Below are positions 10,435-20,415 of a stretch of 64,000 bases of DNA, piece by piece. Both the position numbers and the translations under genes were made by a program. Source of the stretch: an uncultured Planctomycetaceae bacterium (GTDB lineage: Bacteria; Planctomycetota; Planctomycetia; Planctomycetales; Planctomycetaceae); the NCBI GenBank assembly GCA_963976765.1, contig CAXBME010000007.1, positions 62,001 to 126,000 on the forward strand, read 5' to 3'. The first letter of the stretch is position 1; the number at the start of each line of letters is the position of its first letter. Below the pieces are notes generated by a model, which was given only the letters and a program-made list of their open reading frames with translations, had not been told where the DNA came from and did no database searches.

Positions 10435-10899
10435 ATGGCGGTTTCGGTGGTTGATGCGGATTTACGGTTGTCGGCCCATGGCGAGGGGCTCGTCGCCATG
10501 CTCGATGAATATGCCCGGCTGCCGCACATTGCTGGTCGCGGCCTTTCTGCGGATGTTCGCGAGAATCTTGTCGATCGACTGGCTGCGATCTCCGGAAAAC
10601 AGATTCTGCTGGCTGTCGATGGGGGGCGGGTCATCGGAGTCGCCGTTTGCTTTGAAGGTTTCTCGACGTTTACCGGGCGATCTCTACTCAATATTCATGA
10701 TCTGGCGGTTTCTGCCGAGTATCGTGGGCAAGGCGTCGGGACCATGTTGCTCGATGCCGTTGCTGAGCGAGCCAGAAAAATCGGTTGCTGTCGAGTGACC
10801 CTCGAAGTCGACACGGCCAATCCCGGCGCGAAGAAGCTCTACGAGCGGTCGGGCTTTGTCATGACGCAGGAGTTCTGGAAAAAAGAACTCAGCGATTAA
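10435..10899 (+). CDS. GNAT family N-acetyltransferase
   Basis: HDLAVSAEYRGQGVGT acetyl-CoA-binding motif A; NPGAKKLYERSGF. Confidence 0.9.
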   Translation: MAVSVVDADLRLSAHGEGLVAMLDEYARLPHIAGRGLSADVRENLVDRLAAISGKQILLAVDGGRVIGVAVCFEGFSTFTGRSLLNIHDLAVSAEYRGQGVGTMLLDAVAERARKIGCCRVTLEVDTANPGAKKLYERSGFVMTQEFWKKELSD

Positions 10900-11002
10900 A
10901 GCGAGCCTCTTCAGGTTTGAAAACTGGAACGGCTACACTTACGACTCAGGAACGTGTCCGAATTAACTTTCCGATTTAGAACAACAGGCTGAAACAGGCG
11001 TC

Positions 11003-11893
11003 TTAACTGGCGGTTTCGTGAATGTGTACGTCGCGCTGAGGATACGGGATGTTGAAGCCGCGTTCGTCGAAGCCGAGTTTCACTCGTTCGTTCAGATCCC
11101 AGAGCACCGCCCAGTAGTCGGCTGAATTCACCCACGGCCTGACGACAAAATTGACGCTGCTGTCGGCCAGTGCCGAAACCGCAACCACAGGAGCGGGTTC
11201 TTTCAGGATTCGTTCGTCGTTTTCGACGAGAATTGTGAGGAACGCCTTGACCGCTCGCAGGTCGTCGCCGTACCCACAGCCGACGACCATATCGATTCGC
11301 CGGGTTGGCTTGGCTGAGTAGTTGGTGATGTTGCCGCCGTAGATCGAGCCGTTCGGAACGATGATCTGTTTGTTATCGCCGGTTTTCATCATCGTGCTGA
11401 AGATGCTGATGTCTTCGACCGTTCCTGAGACGCCGCCAGCCTCGATGAAGTCACCGACTCGAAACGGCTTGAACAGGATGATCATCACGCCGGATGCGAA
11501 GTTTGAGAGCGAACTCTGAAGTGCAAGACCAACAGCCAGCCCGGCAGCACCCATTATGGCCGCCAGCGACGTCGTGTTGACGCCCAGACTTTCCAGGGCC
11601 ATCAGGATCACAAAAGTGATCAGCACATAGTGGGCGATGTTTGAAAGAAAGGTCGACAGCGTCGCGTCGACCTTAGCGCGACTCATCAATTTTTCGAGCA
11701 GCCCCGTCAGAATTCGGACGACGATTTTCCCAACAATATAGATTGCGATCGCCGCCAGAACGTTTCCAGCGAACGTTGCTGCCTTTTCCGGGTCGGTGAA
11801 TGCCTGAGCGTAGCCCTCGATCGTTTTCATCAGCGATTGCGGCGTCTGTGCCGATCGGCCCATGTCCTGGGCAAGGAGAAAGAGTCCGTTCAT
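11003..11893 (-). CDS. mscS: Small-conductance mechanosensitive channel MscS
   Basis: GAAGLAVGLALQSSLSNFASG, KPFRVGDFIE, IIVPNG, IPYPQRDVH. CAGGAG RBS upstream of ATG 11893. Confidence 0.93.
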   Translation of the reverse strand: MNGLFLLAQDMGRSAQTPQSLMKTIEGYAQAFTDPEKAATFAGNVLAAIAIYIVGKIVVRILTGLLEKLMSRAKVDATLSTFLSNIAHYVLITFVILMALESLGVNTTSLAAIMGAAGLAVGLALQSSLSNFASGVMIILFKPFRVGDFIEAGGVSGTVEDISIFSTMMKTGDNKQIIVPNGSIYGGNITNYSAKPTRRIDMVVGCGYGDDLRAVKAFLTILVENDERILKEPAPVVAVSALADSSVNFVVRPWVNSADYWAVLWDLNERVKLGFDERGFNIPYPQRDVHIHETAS

Positions 11894-12104
11894 TGTTTGC
11901 TCCTGATAGCAAAAGAAAATCTGCATAAGGTCGCGAAAATTTCGAATAATTCAGCAGAGAAGAACGCGAGGCAGCAGTGAGTGTCAAGATGGATCTTCAC
12001 ACTGACGCTGCTCTGACAGATGGATGGCTTGAGACTCGGCTGTTATAAAGGTCGCTTCGTCAAAAACGCTGGCAAGTCAACCAGCCTCGCCAAAGGACAT
12101 TTCA

Positions 12105-13238
12105 ATGAGCTGCTTCAGAACAACTCTTCTTCTGGTCATCACCGTCCCATTCCTTTCCGGGTGCAAACCCACGGCTACTCCGACAGGGACGTCGGGGTCG
12201 GGTACCGGGGCGACGCAATCCGTGACAGAGCCTGAAGCGACTCCAGAACCTGACGATGCAGCCAGCGTTTCGGTGCTCGAAGAAGCCGGCGCGAAGTTGA
12301 AAAAAGACGGCGACGGGCTGGTCATTGAAGTTGATTTCCGAGGCACTGCTATCGGAGATGCGGCGCTTGATAATCTTGCCGGTTTGCGAAGGTTGCGATC
12401 AGTGATGCTGAATGAAACCGCCGTGACTGACGCTGGCATGGCAGCTGTTGGGAAGGTCGCGACACTGCAGAATGTCGACCTTCGCGGCTGCACGATTTCG
12501 AACGCCGGTCTGGAATCGCTGACTGCATTGTCAGAATTGAAGGCGTTGCGACTGTCCGGCGAAAATGGTGCAACATCGGTCGATGACGACGGGATGGCCC
12601 ATGTCGCCAAAATGAAAAACCTGAAAGCGTTGCTGCTGGACTTCCTTTGGATCAGCGAAGTGGGCCTTGAACAGCTCGCGGGGCTCGACAAGCTGGAAGA
12701 GCTTTATCTGGCGAAAACGCTGGTCGGCGACGACGCCCTCGCCACTATGAGTCAGTTTCCTCGGCTGAAAAAATTGCGAATCTCTCAGTGCCAGTTCGAA
12801 AACGAGGGGCTCGCTCATCTCTCAAAAGTCACGACGCTGGAAGACCTCGACCTGAGCGAAAATAACTCGATCAACGATCTGGGGATGCCTCACCTTGCTG
12901 GCTTGAAGAAACTGAAGCGGCTCAACCTCTGGCGGACCTATGTTGGAGACTCCGGCGTGGAACATCTGGCCGGACTCACAGACATGGAATGGCTGAACCT
13001 GGACAACTCGCAGATTTCAGATGCTTGCCTGAAACATTTGTCCGGAATGAGCAAACTGTCTTTCCTTCATCTGGGGTCAACACTGGTTTCGGATGAAGGT
13101 TTGCCAGCTCTGGAAGGGCTGACGTCTCTGAAAGATCTTAAGGTGACCCGAACGGCCGTCACTGAGGAAGGCGTCGCGGCACTCAAAGAAAAACTTCCGA
13201 ACACCGAAATCCAGTTGAGATACATCGAGGGGCAGTGA
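12105..13238 (+). CDS. Leucine-rich-repeat lipoprotein
   Basis: Lipobox FLSGC, T/P/G/S linker, about 11 repeats of about 24 aa (LxxLxLxxTxVxDxGLxxL). Confidence 0.88.
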   Translation: MSCFRTTLLLVITVPFLSGCKPTATPTGTSGSGTGATQSVTEPEATPEPDDAASVSVLEEAGAKLKKDGDGLVIEVDFRGTAIGDAALDNLAGLRRLRSVMLNETAVTDAGMAAVGKVATLQNVDLRGCTISNAGLESLTALSELKALRLSGENGATSVDDDGMAHVAKMKNLKALLLDFLWISEVGLEQLAGLDKLEELYLAKTLVGDDALATMSQFPRLKKLRISQCQFENEGLAHLSKVTTLEDLDLSENNSINDLGMPHLAGLKKLKRLNLWRTYVGDSGVEHLAGLTDMEWLNLDNSQISDACLKHLSGMSKLSFLHLGSTLVSDEGLPALEGLTSLKDLKVTRTAVTEEGVAALKEKLPNTEIQLRYIEGQ

Positions 13239-13246
13239 GCCTGTTC

Positions 13247-13270
13247 GTAGGGTAGGCAGTGCCGACCCTG
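13247..13270. repeat. Single GTAG-type REP-like hairpin between convergent genes
   Basis: GTAGGGTAGGCAGTGCCGACCCTG: GTAG followed by an imperfect palindrome. Confidence 0.5.
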
Positions 13271-13279
13271 GAGACTGGC

Positions 13280-14764
13280 CTACGAAAGACGCTGGCGGAC
13301 TTGGTCTTTCACCTGTTTCAACTCGGTAGCTTCCGGCGACTTCTTGTAGATTTCGTCGAGCGGGAAGCAGCCGGAAATGATGCCGTTTCTGGGGGCAGTG
13401 GTGCAGTCGCTAAAGGTCCGACAGATAGCTTTGGTACGGATCGGTTTTCCTTCGAGTACGTCGGCCGGCATGTCCCAATAGCTGAGTACCAGGCGACCGA
13501 TTCCCACAAAATCACAATAGCCGTCTCGAATGGCGGCTTGTGCGACATGTGGCAGGTATTCCTGGAAGTACGACCAGGCCGAGCCGACGACAGGGATGTC
13601 TGGAATCAGCTCTTTGAGTTTTCGCACGGACTCGATCTGCCGCACGCAGCCAATCAACGGATCTTCCGGCGGCTGGTAGCCATCGGATGGTGGATAGAAG
13701 GCGGGCCGTTGGATGTGCGGATTGTAGTAGGGCGAGCCGGCCGACAGATTGAACATCGCGACGCCAAATTCGTCGTGCAGCATTCGGATCAGGCGAAGCG
13801 GTTCAGTCAAATCCATTTCCAGCGGGTTGTCTTTGCTGCATCCGAATCCCGGATAATCTTCGACTGGATGGTCGTCCGGGATCCCCGGCCCGAGCTTTCC
13901 GGGTGTTGCTCGGTCGGGATCTGGGTGATACGGCGGGCGGTCAAAGACGGAGAGTCGTACTCCGACCATCAGACCGGGACACTCGGAACGAATGCCGTCC
14001 AGAATATTGCGAATGAAGCGAGTTCGGCCGGCGAAATCTCCACCGTAAGTGCCGGGGCGAGAGAAGGCCGAAAGAAATTCGTGGCCGAGATACCCGTGGC
14101 AATGCTTCACGTCGACAAACTGGAACCCCACATTTTGTGCGAGCTTTGCGGCGGAGACGTAAGAGTCGATCAGTCGCTTGATATCGTCATCGGACAAGAC
14201 GACCGAGTCGTCATCGGCTGCGATGCCGAACTTCGGGTCGAGTACCGGGTGGTGATAGACGATCCGCGGCTCCAGCTTGTCTTTGCGGTTCGGGCGGCAG
14301 AAACGTCCGGAATGAGTCAACTGCAAACCGACCAGCAAATCGTCCAGTGCGGCTTCGCCAAATCGTTCTGCGTGTGCGCTGGTCAGGGTGCCAAGTAGGT
14401 CGCGCATCGCGTCGGCATTTTCCGGGCGGTTGAGAAGCTGGTTTGGGTTTGCACGTCCATCGGCCTGAACAGCGAATGCTTCGCCACCCCAGATCAGCTT
14501 GCAGCCTGAGAGGCCAAAGTTTCGCCAGCGTCTGATCGTTAAATCACTCGGTCGACCGTCGGGCGTTGCGTCCCAGCCTTCCATCGGGTGAACGCACCAG
14601 CGGTTACCGACGGTGAAGTCTCCGACCTTGATCGGCTGAGCAAGCGGAGTGCCTTGAGCGGCTGAAAGAGGTTCATCGTCCAACGGCAGATTGATCTGCT
14701 GGGCCGACAGATACTGCCGAAACTCGTCGACTGATTTCAATGCCCCGATTCGCTGCCAGTTCAT
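13280..14764 (-). CDS. NADH:flavin oxidoreductase / Old Yellow Enzyme family
   Basis: NRWCVHPMEG, LQLTHSGR, KHCHGYLGHEFLS, YGGDFAGRTRF, DFVGIGR. Start set at MNWQRIG. Confidence 0.88.
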   Translation of the reverse strand: MNWQRIGALKSVDEFRQYLSAQQINLPLDDEPLSAAQGTPLAQPIKVGDFTVGNRWCVHPMEGWDATPDGRPSDLTIRRWRNFGLSGCKLIWGGEAFAVQADGRANPNQLLNRPENADAMRDLLGTLTSAHAERFGEAALDDLLVGLQLTHSGRFCRPNRKDKLEPRIVYHHPVLDPKFGIAADDDSVVLSDDDIKRLIDSYVSAAKLAQNVGFQFVDVKHCHGYLGHEFLSAFSRPGTYGGDFAGRTRFIRNILDGIRSECPGLMVGVRLSVFDRPPYHPDPDRATPGKLGPGIPDDHPVEDYPGFGCSKDNPLEMDLTEPLRLIRMLHDEFGVAMFNLSAGSPYYNPHIQRPAFYPPSDGYQPPEDPLIGCVRQIESVRKLKELIPDIPVVGSAWSYFQEYLPHVAQAAIRDGYCDFVGIGRLVLSYWDMPADVLEGKPIRTKAICRTFSDCTTAPRNGIISGCFPLDEIYKKSPEATELKQVKDQVRQRLS

Positions 14765-14958
14765 CTCGATGATTCTCCTGCGGTGATATGCCTCAGCCGA
14801 TTTGTTCCGGTACGGAAGGTGCATCGACACGCGAAGCATACTGAGTCACCGACCGTTTGTTGCAGTGATGCCACATCGGATTGCCGAAACTCCACAACGT
14901 TGCGGGAACTCAACTCAGGATGTAATCCGGTTTGGTCAAATGGATGCGGGAGTTCGTG

Positions 14959-15132
14959 ATGATCAGAATTCTGCAGGGTGTCCGACGATTTTTCGCCAGA
15001 GAGTCGGCGCACGCGACGATCGAGTATCTGTTCATGCTCAGTTTGATCCTCGTCGCGGTCATTCTGGGGATCAAACTTGTTGGCACAACGACACTCGACC
15101 TGTTCACGAGAACTCGAGACGCGTTGCCGTAG
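14959..15132 (+). CDS. Flp family type IVb pilin
   Basis: MIRILQGVRRFFARESA/HATIEYLFMLSLILVAVILGIKLVG: basic leader, E+5/Y+6, hydrophobic helix, 57 aa. Confidence 0.75.
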   Translation: MIRILQGVRRFFARESAHATIEYLFMLSLILVAVILGIKLVGTTTLDLFTRTRDALP

Positions 15133-15139
15133 TGATTTG

Positions 15140-16507
15140 TTAAACGAATGGCCGCAGCGCGTCATTCATGCAGCGGGGTTTTGCAAACTGCATCTGCACA
15201 GTGCCGACCAGACGCTCTTCGAAGGCCGCTTCGCAGTACGAAAGGTAAAAGTTCCAGAGCCGGATGAAGGTTTCCGGAAAGCCTTGAAGCCGGACCTGTT
15301 CGATCTGCTCGAAAAAGCGTTCGCGCCAGAGTTGTACGGTGCGACCGTAATGCGGGGCGAGGTCTTCGACGTGCAGAAGCCGCAAGTCGGTTGTGCGAGC
15401 GACCGAATCCAGAACAGATTTTGGTGTAATCAGGCAGCCGCCGGGGAAGATGTACCGCTGAATAAAGTCGACCGATTTCAGATACTTCGGGTAGCGTTGC
15501 TCAGACATCGTGATTCCCTGAATGAGCATCTGACCTTCGGGTTTCAACAGGCTGCCGCACTTCGTGAAAAACGTGTCGAAGTATTCGTAGCCGACGGCCT
15601 CGATCATCTCGACCGAAACCAGTTTGTCGAACTTGCCCTGGAGATCGCGATAGTCTTCCAGCAGCAGAGTGATTCGATCGGCCAGCCCTTCTTCCGCGAC
15701 ACGTCGACACGCAAAGTCGTGCTGCTCTGATGAGATCGTCGTTGTCGTGACTTTGCAGCCGTAATTCCTGGCGGCGTGAATGGCCATGCCGCCCCAGCCG
15801 GTTCCGATTTCGACCAGATGATCGGATTGCTTCAGATCGAGCTTGCGGCAGAGACGGTCGATCTTGGCGACCTGTGCCTGGTGAAGCGTGCTCTCTGGAG
15901 TTTCGAACACGCCGCTTGAATAGGTCATCGTTTCGTCGAGGAACAACGAGTAGAAATCGTTGCCCAGATCGTAGTGAGCGTGGATGTTGCGGGCGCTGCC
16001 GTCTTTCGAATTGTTTTGCCGCTCGTGCCACTTTCGAGCGAGCTTCGTGACAAGACGGACGATTCCGCTGTTGCCGGCGTCGGTGACGTCGAGGTTCCGG
16101 CAGAAGATCCGCACGACATTGGTCGGGCTGTCGGACGTCCATTCTCCAAAGATGAAAGACTCAGCGAAGCCCAGGCTTCCGCCGATCGCGATTCGCCGGA
16201 AGAACTCCGGGGAATGAATCGTGATTCTGGCAACAAGCAACTCTTCTGATGATTCATCGCCGAACCGATGCTCGATTTCACCTTCCGTCACAAGGAGCAA
16301 CCCATTGGTCAATTTGCTGAATCGGTTAAGGACTCCGCGACGCAGCATTCGAGTGGTCAGTTTCGGCTTGCCTGCTGAGGGGAGGTCCGGCACTGGCGAA
16401 ACATCAATTGATTCCAGATTGGCAATAGTGTCGAGGCGACCGTCCGAGAGTTCGGGCGAGTTCGACGTGATTGCCGGATCATTGGCGGCTTGGTTCGATG
16501 GTTTCAT
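15140..16507 (-). CDS. cfa: Cyclopropane-fatty-acyl-phospholipid synthase family SAM methyltransferase
   Basis: NIHAHYDLGNDFY, MTYSSG, LVEIGTGWGG, SVEMIEAVG, FIQRYIFPGG, YLSYCEAAF. Confidence 0.92.
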   Translation of the reverse strand: MKPSNQAANDPAITSNSPELSDGRLDTIANLESIDVSPVPDLPSAGKPKLTTRMLRRGVLNRFSKLTNGLLLVTEGEIEHRFGDESSEELLVARITIHSPEFFRRIAIGGSLGFAESFIFGEWTSDSPTNVVRIFCRNLDVTDAGNSGIVRLVTKLARKWHERQNNSKDGSARNIHAHYDLGNDFYSLFLDETMTYSSGVFETPESTLHQAQVAKIDRLCRKLDLKQSDHLVEIGTGWGGMAIHAARNYGCKVTTTTISSEQHDFACRRVAEEGLADRITLLLEDYRDLQGKFDKLVSVEMIEAVGYEYFDTFFTKCGSLLKPEGQMLIQGITMSEQRYPKYLKSVDFIQRYIFPGGCLITPKSVLDSVARTTDLRLLHVEDLAPHYGRTVQLWRERFFEQIEQVRLQGFPETFIRLWNFYLSYCEAAFEERLVGTVQMQFAKPRCMNDALRPFV

Positions 16508-17496
16508 GAGCGAACGGTGTCCGTGACTGCTCGCAGGTGGCCAGCCTGCGAGGCAATGTCTTCGCCGGATGAAGGAGCAATTCCGGGGTGAGGAACGAAC
16601 GGGACTTTTTTCCACCACAGACGAAGGGCCTGCCAGTAGATTCCCGCCGCGATCTTTCCCGTCATAAAGGGATAACGAATGAGCGAACCGGCAAGCTGCC
16701 CGCCAGAAATCGATCGCCGCTTCAGGTGAAGCGTGCAGTCGAAAAGGCGGTCTTCGTCTCGCCAGTTCTCGATATGTACGGTCAGTGTTTTGTCCGGAGC
16801 AACGATGCTCCAGCGATATTCCATGTCCATTTTCATGAATGGCGAGACATGAAAACGTTTGCCGTGTCGAAAACGCAAGCGTCCGACCGCAGATGTTGAC
16901 TTTTCAGTTGCCGGAACACTGGTCTGCGAAAGGTAGGTTGAGTCTGCGGGCTGGTTCGACCGATCGAGGATGTAGCAGTGCCGCTCGCTCCACGGAGTGT
17001 TGTTAACCTCGGCGACGATCGTCTGCACCTGCTGATCGTCTGCGTCGAAGCAGTAATAAAAGCTGACCGGATTCATTTTGTAGCCGAAGTATCGCGGCTG
17101 AGTCAGCAGTCGAATCGGTCCGGGTGGACGTTCAAAGCCAGCGGCTTCGACAAGGCTCCGCACAGCGACGTCCAGTGGCGGCAGGCTGTCCACAGGTCGG
17201 TCGGGACGTTTCCCGAAGCTTTGCTCCGCAGGCTTCGACCACTCTTCGGAGTCGAGCGCCGCTGGCAGAATGTCGCCCGGGAAAACCAGGTGGTCGGTTC
17301 GGTGAAACCTGGCGAGTGCTGTCCGGCCGGTCGACCAGAACCAGCGTTTCGCAAAGACTCGATCGAGTTCGCTCAGGTCGAGATACAGCCAGGACCCTGA
17401 GTAAGTAAACCCATTCTCGACGGGCGTGAAGCGACGGTGCCGGACTTTGCCGACGTAGAGGCAGCTCTTCAGAGTGCTGGTGTCTACTATTGCCAA
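16504..17496 (-). CDS. DUF1365 family protein
   Basis: LYVGKVRHRR, PRYFGYKMNPVSFYYC, AEVNNTPWSERHCY, KRFHVSPF, IYWQALRLWWK. A TTG start overlapping the upstream stop was chosen. Confidence 0.9.
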   Translation of the reverse strand: MAIVDTSTLKSCLYVGKVRHRRFTPVENGFTYSGSWLYLDLSELDRVFAKRWFWSTGRTALARFHRTDHLVFPGDILPAALDSEEWSKPAEQSFGKRPDRPVDSLPPLDVAVRSLVEAAGFERPPGPIRLLTQPRYFGYKMNPVSFYYCFDADDQQVQTIVAEVNNTPWSERHCYILDRSNQPADSTYLSQTSVPATEKSTSAVGRLRFRHGKRFHVSPFMKMDMEYRWSIVAPDKTLTVHIENWRDEDRLFDCTLHLKRRSISGGQLAGSLIRYPFMTGKIAAGIYWQALRLWWKKVPFVPHPGIAPSSGEDIASQAGHLRAVTDTVRS

Positions 17497-18773
17497 GGCG
17501 GCTCCACTCCGAGTTGTCGGCACACGGCCAGCGCGCTGTTGACGCCGTCTTCATGAAAGCCGTTGCCCCAATAAGCTCCACAGAACGAAGTTCTGTTCTG
17601 ATTGATCAGTTCTGAATGTCTCTTTTGAGTGGCTCGACGCTCGATTGTGTAAATTGGGTGGTGATACTCGTACTGCCCGATGATCTTCTCAGGATCAATC
17701 GCCTCGTCCCGGTTGAGCGTCACGCAGTACGTTTTCTGAGCCTTCAACCTCTGAAGGATATTCATGTTGTAGGTAACCGTCGCGCTTCGACCAGCTTGAT
17801 CCGAAGATTCCTGGTGGCCTGACGGCGCGTTGTCGATGTGATAATTCCAGCTTGCCCACGCGCGGCGTCTTTTCGGAAGCACGGAATCATCCCAGTGAAG
17901 TACTGCAGAATTCTTCTGATAAGGAAATTTGCTCAAGACGTCTCGTTCTGTTGAAGTCGCGAAGTCTCCCAGGATCCTCAAAGCCTGATCACTATGACAG
18001 GCAAAAATCGCATGATCGAAACACTGGTCTACTGCACCTGTTCCGAAAATCATGACGCCATTTTCATCGCGAGCAATCGCTTCGACGCGAGAATTCAACC
18101 GAATTCGATTTTCAAACGGCACAATCAGTTTCTCGACATAGCGTGCGGAGCCGCCGGAAATCACTCGCCACTGAGGCCGGTTTCGAATGCTGAGCAAGCC
18201 GTGGTTCCAGTAGAACTCGACGATAAAGCGGATGGGGAATTTGCCAAACGTTTCCGGCGGGCAGGACCAGATCGCCGCTCCCATTGGGATGAGGTACAGA
18301 TCGGAGAATTGTTTTGAATAGCCTCGCTGAGTCACGTACTCATCGACGGTCAACTTTTCGTTGTCCTCATCGAGTAGCCCAAGCGACTCCTGGTTGAAAC
18401 GAAGGATGTCCTGCAGCATTCGATGAAAGTGCGGCTTCAGCAGGTTGCTTCGCTGAGCAAACAGACCGTTCAGATTTGACCCGTTGTACTCGATCCGGCT
18501 GCGTTCGCACCGAACGCTGAAGCTCATCTCAGTTGCCAGCGATCCGACGCCAAGCCGCCTGAGCAATTCGATGAAATTCGGATATGTCCAGTCGTTGTAG
18601 ACGATGAATCCGGTGTCGATCGCTAGTTGCTCGCCGTCGACATCCACATCGATCGTGTGAGTGTGCCCGCCGATGTAATCGTTGGCTTCGAAGATGGTGA
18701 TCTCGTGCGACTGGTGCAGCAGCCAGGCGGCGGTCAGGCCAGAGATTCCGGAACCGATAATGGCGATCTTCAT
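17487..18773 (-). CDS. FAD-dependent oxidoreductase (COG2907, amine-oxidase-like)
   Basis: KIAIIGSGISGL, GGHTHT, DTGFIVYN, RRAWASWNY, GAYWGNGFHEDG. Confidence 0.9.
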   Translation of the reverse strand: MKIAIIGSGISGLTAAWLLHQSHEITIFEANDYIGGHTHTIDVDVDGEQLAIDTGFIVYNDWTYPNFIELLRRLGVGSLATEMSFSVRCERSRIEYNGSNLNGLFAQRSNLLKPHFHRMLQDILRFNQESLGLLDEDNEKLTVDEYVTQRGYSKQFSDLYLIPMGAAIWSCPPETFGKFPIRFIVEFYWNHGLLSIRNRPQWRVISGGSARYVEKLIVPFENRIRLNSRVEAIARDENGVMIFGTGAVDQCFDHAIFACHSDQALRILGDFATSTERDVLSKFPYQKNSAVLHWDDSVLPKRRRAWASWNYHIDNAPSGHQESSDQAGRSATVTYNMNILQRLKAQKTYCVTLNRDEAIDPEKIIGQYEYHHPIYTIERRATQKRHSELINQNRTSFCGAYWGNGFHEDGVNSALAVCRQLGVEPPWQ

Positions 18774-18878
18774 CCGTGATTTCGCTGTTCGAGGATTCTC
18801 AGGGGCAAACTGGTCCGAACTTCTGATTCAGACGGAGCGGAATGTTAGCGGATTCACATTCCAGGTTCCCGTCAGTCC

Positions 18879-19036
18879 GTAGGTCAGGCTCTGCCTGACG
18901 AATTTATTCGATAATGAAAGGAGTTTTGGAAGCAACTGCAAAAGGCACCAAATACACAAAAACGTCTTCGTCTGTTTCGAGTATTTCGTGGTTGGGAATT
19001 CCTCGTGCTGACTCCGTCAGGCTGAGTCTGACCCGC
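18879..19036. repeat. Inverted pair of GTAG-type REPs (REPIN-like) enclosing a second degenerate repeat
   Basis: GTAGGTCAGGCTCTGCCTGACG (18879-18900) and CGTCAGGCTGAGTCTGACCCGC (19015-19036). The spacer contains CACCAAATACACAAA...TTCGAGTATTTCGTGGTT. Confidence 0.65.
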
Positions 19037-19170
19037 GCTTATCACCCCGCGCTATTGACAATCTGGCGGACTGACCGACATCCTCCCCAACTGAGTCAAC
19101 ACGAGGCTGTCTGGTCGAAGATTCGAGACAGCAAGTCACACGGACGAAGAGATGGTTTCGGAGAGCCACC

Positions 19171-20328
19171 ATGAGAAACGCCGTCGTTATTGATGCTGTC
19201 CGCACGCCGATTGCAAAGGCCAATGAATCCATCGGAAATTTTCGCAATGTTCGAGCCGATGAGCTTTCTGCCGGACTTATGAAGGCTCTGGTCGAACGAA
19301 CAGGAATCGATCCGCAGCTCATCGAAGACATCCGCTGGGGCTGCGTCCAGCAGCAGGGCGAGCAGGGTTTCGACGTGGCTCGCGTGGCGTCGTTGATGGC
19401 GGGGCTGCCGATTGAAACTGGTGGAGTCACGCTCAACCGAAACTGCGCGTCCGGTCTGCAGGCGATCAACGATTGTGCAATGAGTATCGCGGCGAACTGC
19501 GAAGACATTCAGATCGCGGGCGGCATCGAACACATGGGCCACATTCCGGCGTTCAAAGATTACGACCCCGCTCCCGGCCTGTTTGTGCGGCACAGCGAAG
19601 CTATTATGAACATGGGGCTGACTGCCGAATATCTGGCGATGAAATATCAGATTCCGCGAGAAGCTCAGGACGCATTCGCCGCTCGAAGCCAGCAACTCGC
19701 GGCAGCTGCCACCGAAAAAGGCGAGTTTGCCAACGAAATCATTCCCACGTGGGGCCGTTCTGAAGCCGGGTTGAAAGAATTAATTTCCATCGACCAGGGA
19801 ATCCGTGCCGACACCACAGCCGAAGGTCTCGCAAAACTGCCTCCGGCTTTCAATCCCGCCGGTGGCAGCGTGACGGCTGGCAGCAGCTCGCAGCTGAGTG
19901 TCGGCTCCGCGGCGCTGCTGATCATGTCCGAAGAAAAAGCGAACGAACTCGGGCTGAAACCGATGGCCAGGATCCGAGCCATGGCTGTCGCCGGAGTCGC
20001 TCCCGAAGAAATGGGCATCGGCCCGGTGCCGGCCGTGCACAAAGTCATGAAGCGAGCCGGACTGACCCTCGACGATATGGACTGCCTGGAAATCAACGAA
20101 GCCTTCGCAGTCCAGGTTCTGTCCGTCATGAAGCTGCTCGGGATCACCGAAGAGAAAGTCAACACACGAGGTGGAGCGGTCGCCCTCGGCCACCCTCTCG
20201 GAGCGAGCGGGGCTCGCATCGCCGTCACGCTGCTGCATCGCATGAAAGATTCAGGAGCGAAGTACGGCCTGGCAACTCTGTGCGTCGGTCAGGGACAGGG
20301 CGTCGCTACGATCTTTGAAAGTGTATAG
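19171..20328 (+). CDS. Acetyl-CoA C-acyltransferase (thiolase)
   Basis: NRNCASG (catalytic Cys), INEAFA, GHPLGASG, LCVGQGQG. Confidence 0.95.
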   Translation: MRNAVVIDAVRTPIAKANESIGNFRNVRADELSAGLMKALVERTGIDPQLIEDIRWGCVQQQGEQGFDVARVASLMAGLPIETGGVTLNRNCASGLQAINDCAMSIAANCEDIQIAGGIEHMGHIPAFKDYDPAPGLFVRHSEAIMNMGLTAEYLAMKYQIPREAQDAFAARSQQLAAAATEKGEFANEIIPTWGRSEAGLKELISIDQGIRADTTAEGLAKLPPAFNPAGGSVTAGSSSQLSVGSAALLIMSEEKANELGLKPMARIRAMAVAGVAPEEMGIGPVPAVHKVMKRAGLTLDDMDCLEINEAFAVQVLSVMKLLGITEEKVNTRGGAVALGHPLGASGARIAVTLLHRMKDSGAKYGLATLCVGQGQGVATIFESV

Positions 20329-20415
20329 TCGCCCACAGAGATCCCAGAAGTTGCCGCCACAATGGGCGACCGTTCGAGTCCTGTCTCAATTGAAATTCAG
20401 CGTTCGGAGTCCCTC

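Noticed and set aside
9785..10798. 337 aa plus-strand ORF
   Set aside because: Overlaps tauE and the microprotein in antisense and the GNAT gene out of frame; no motifs.
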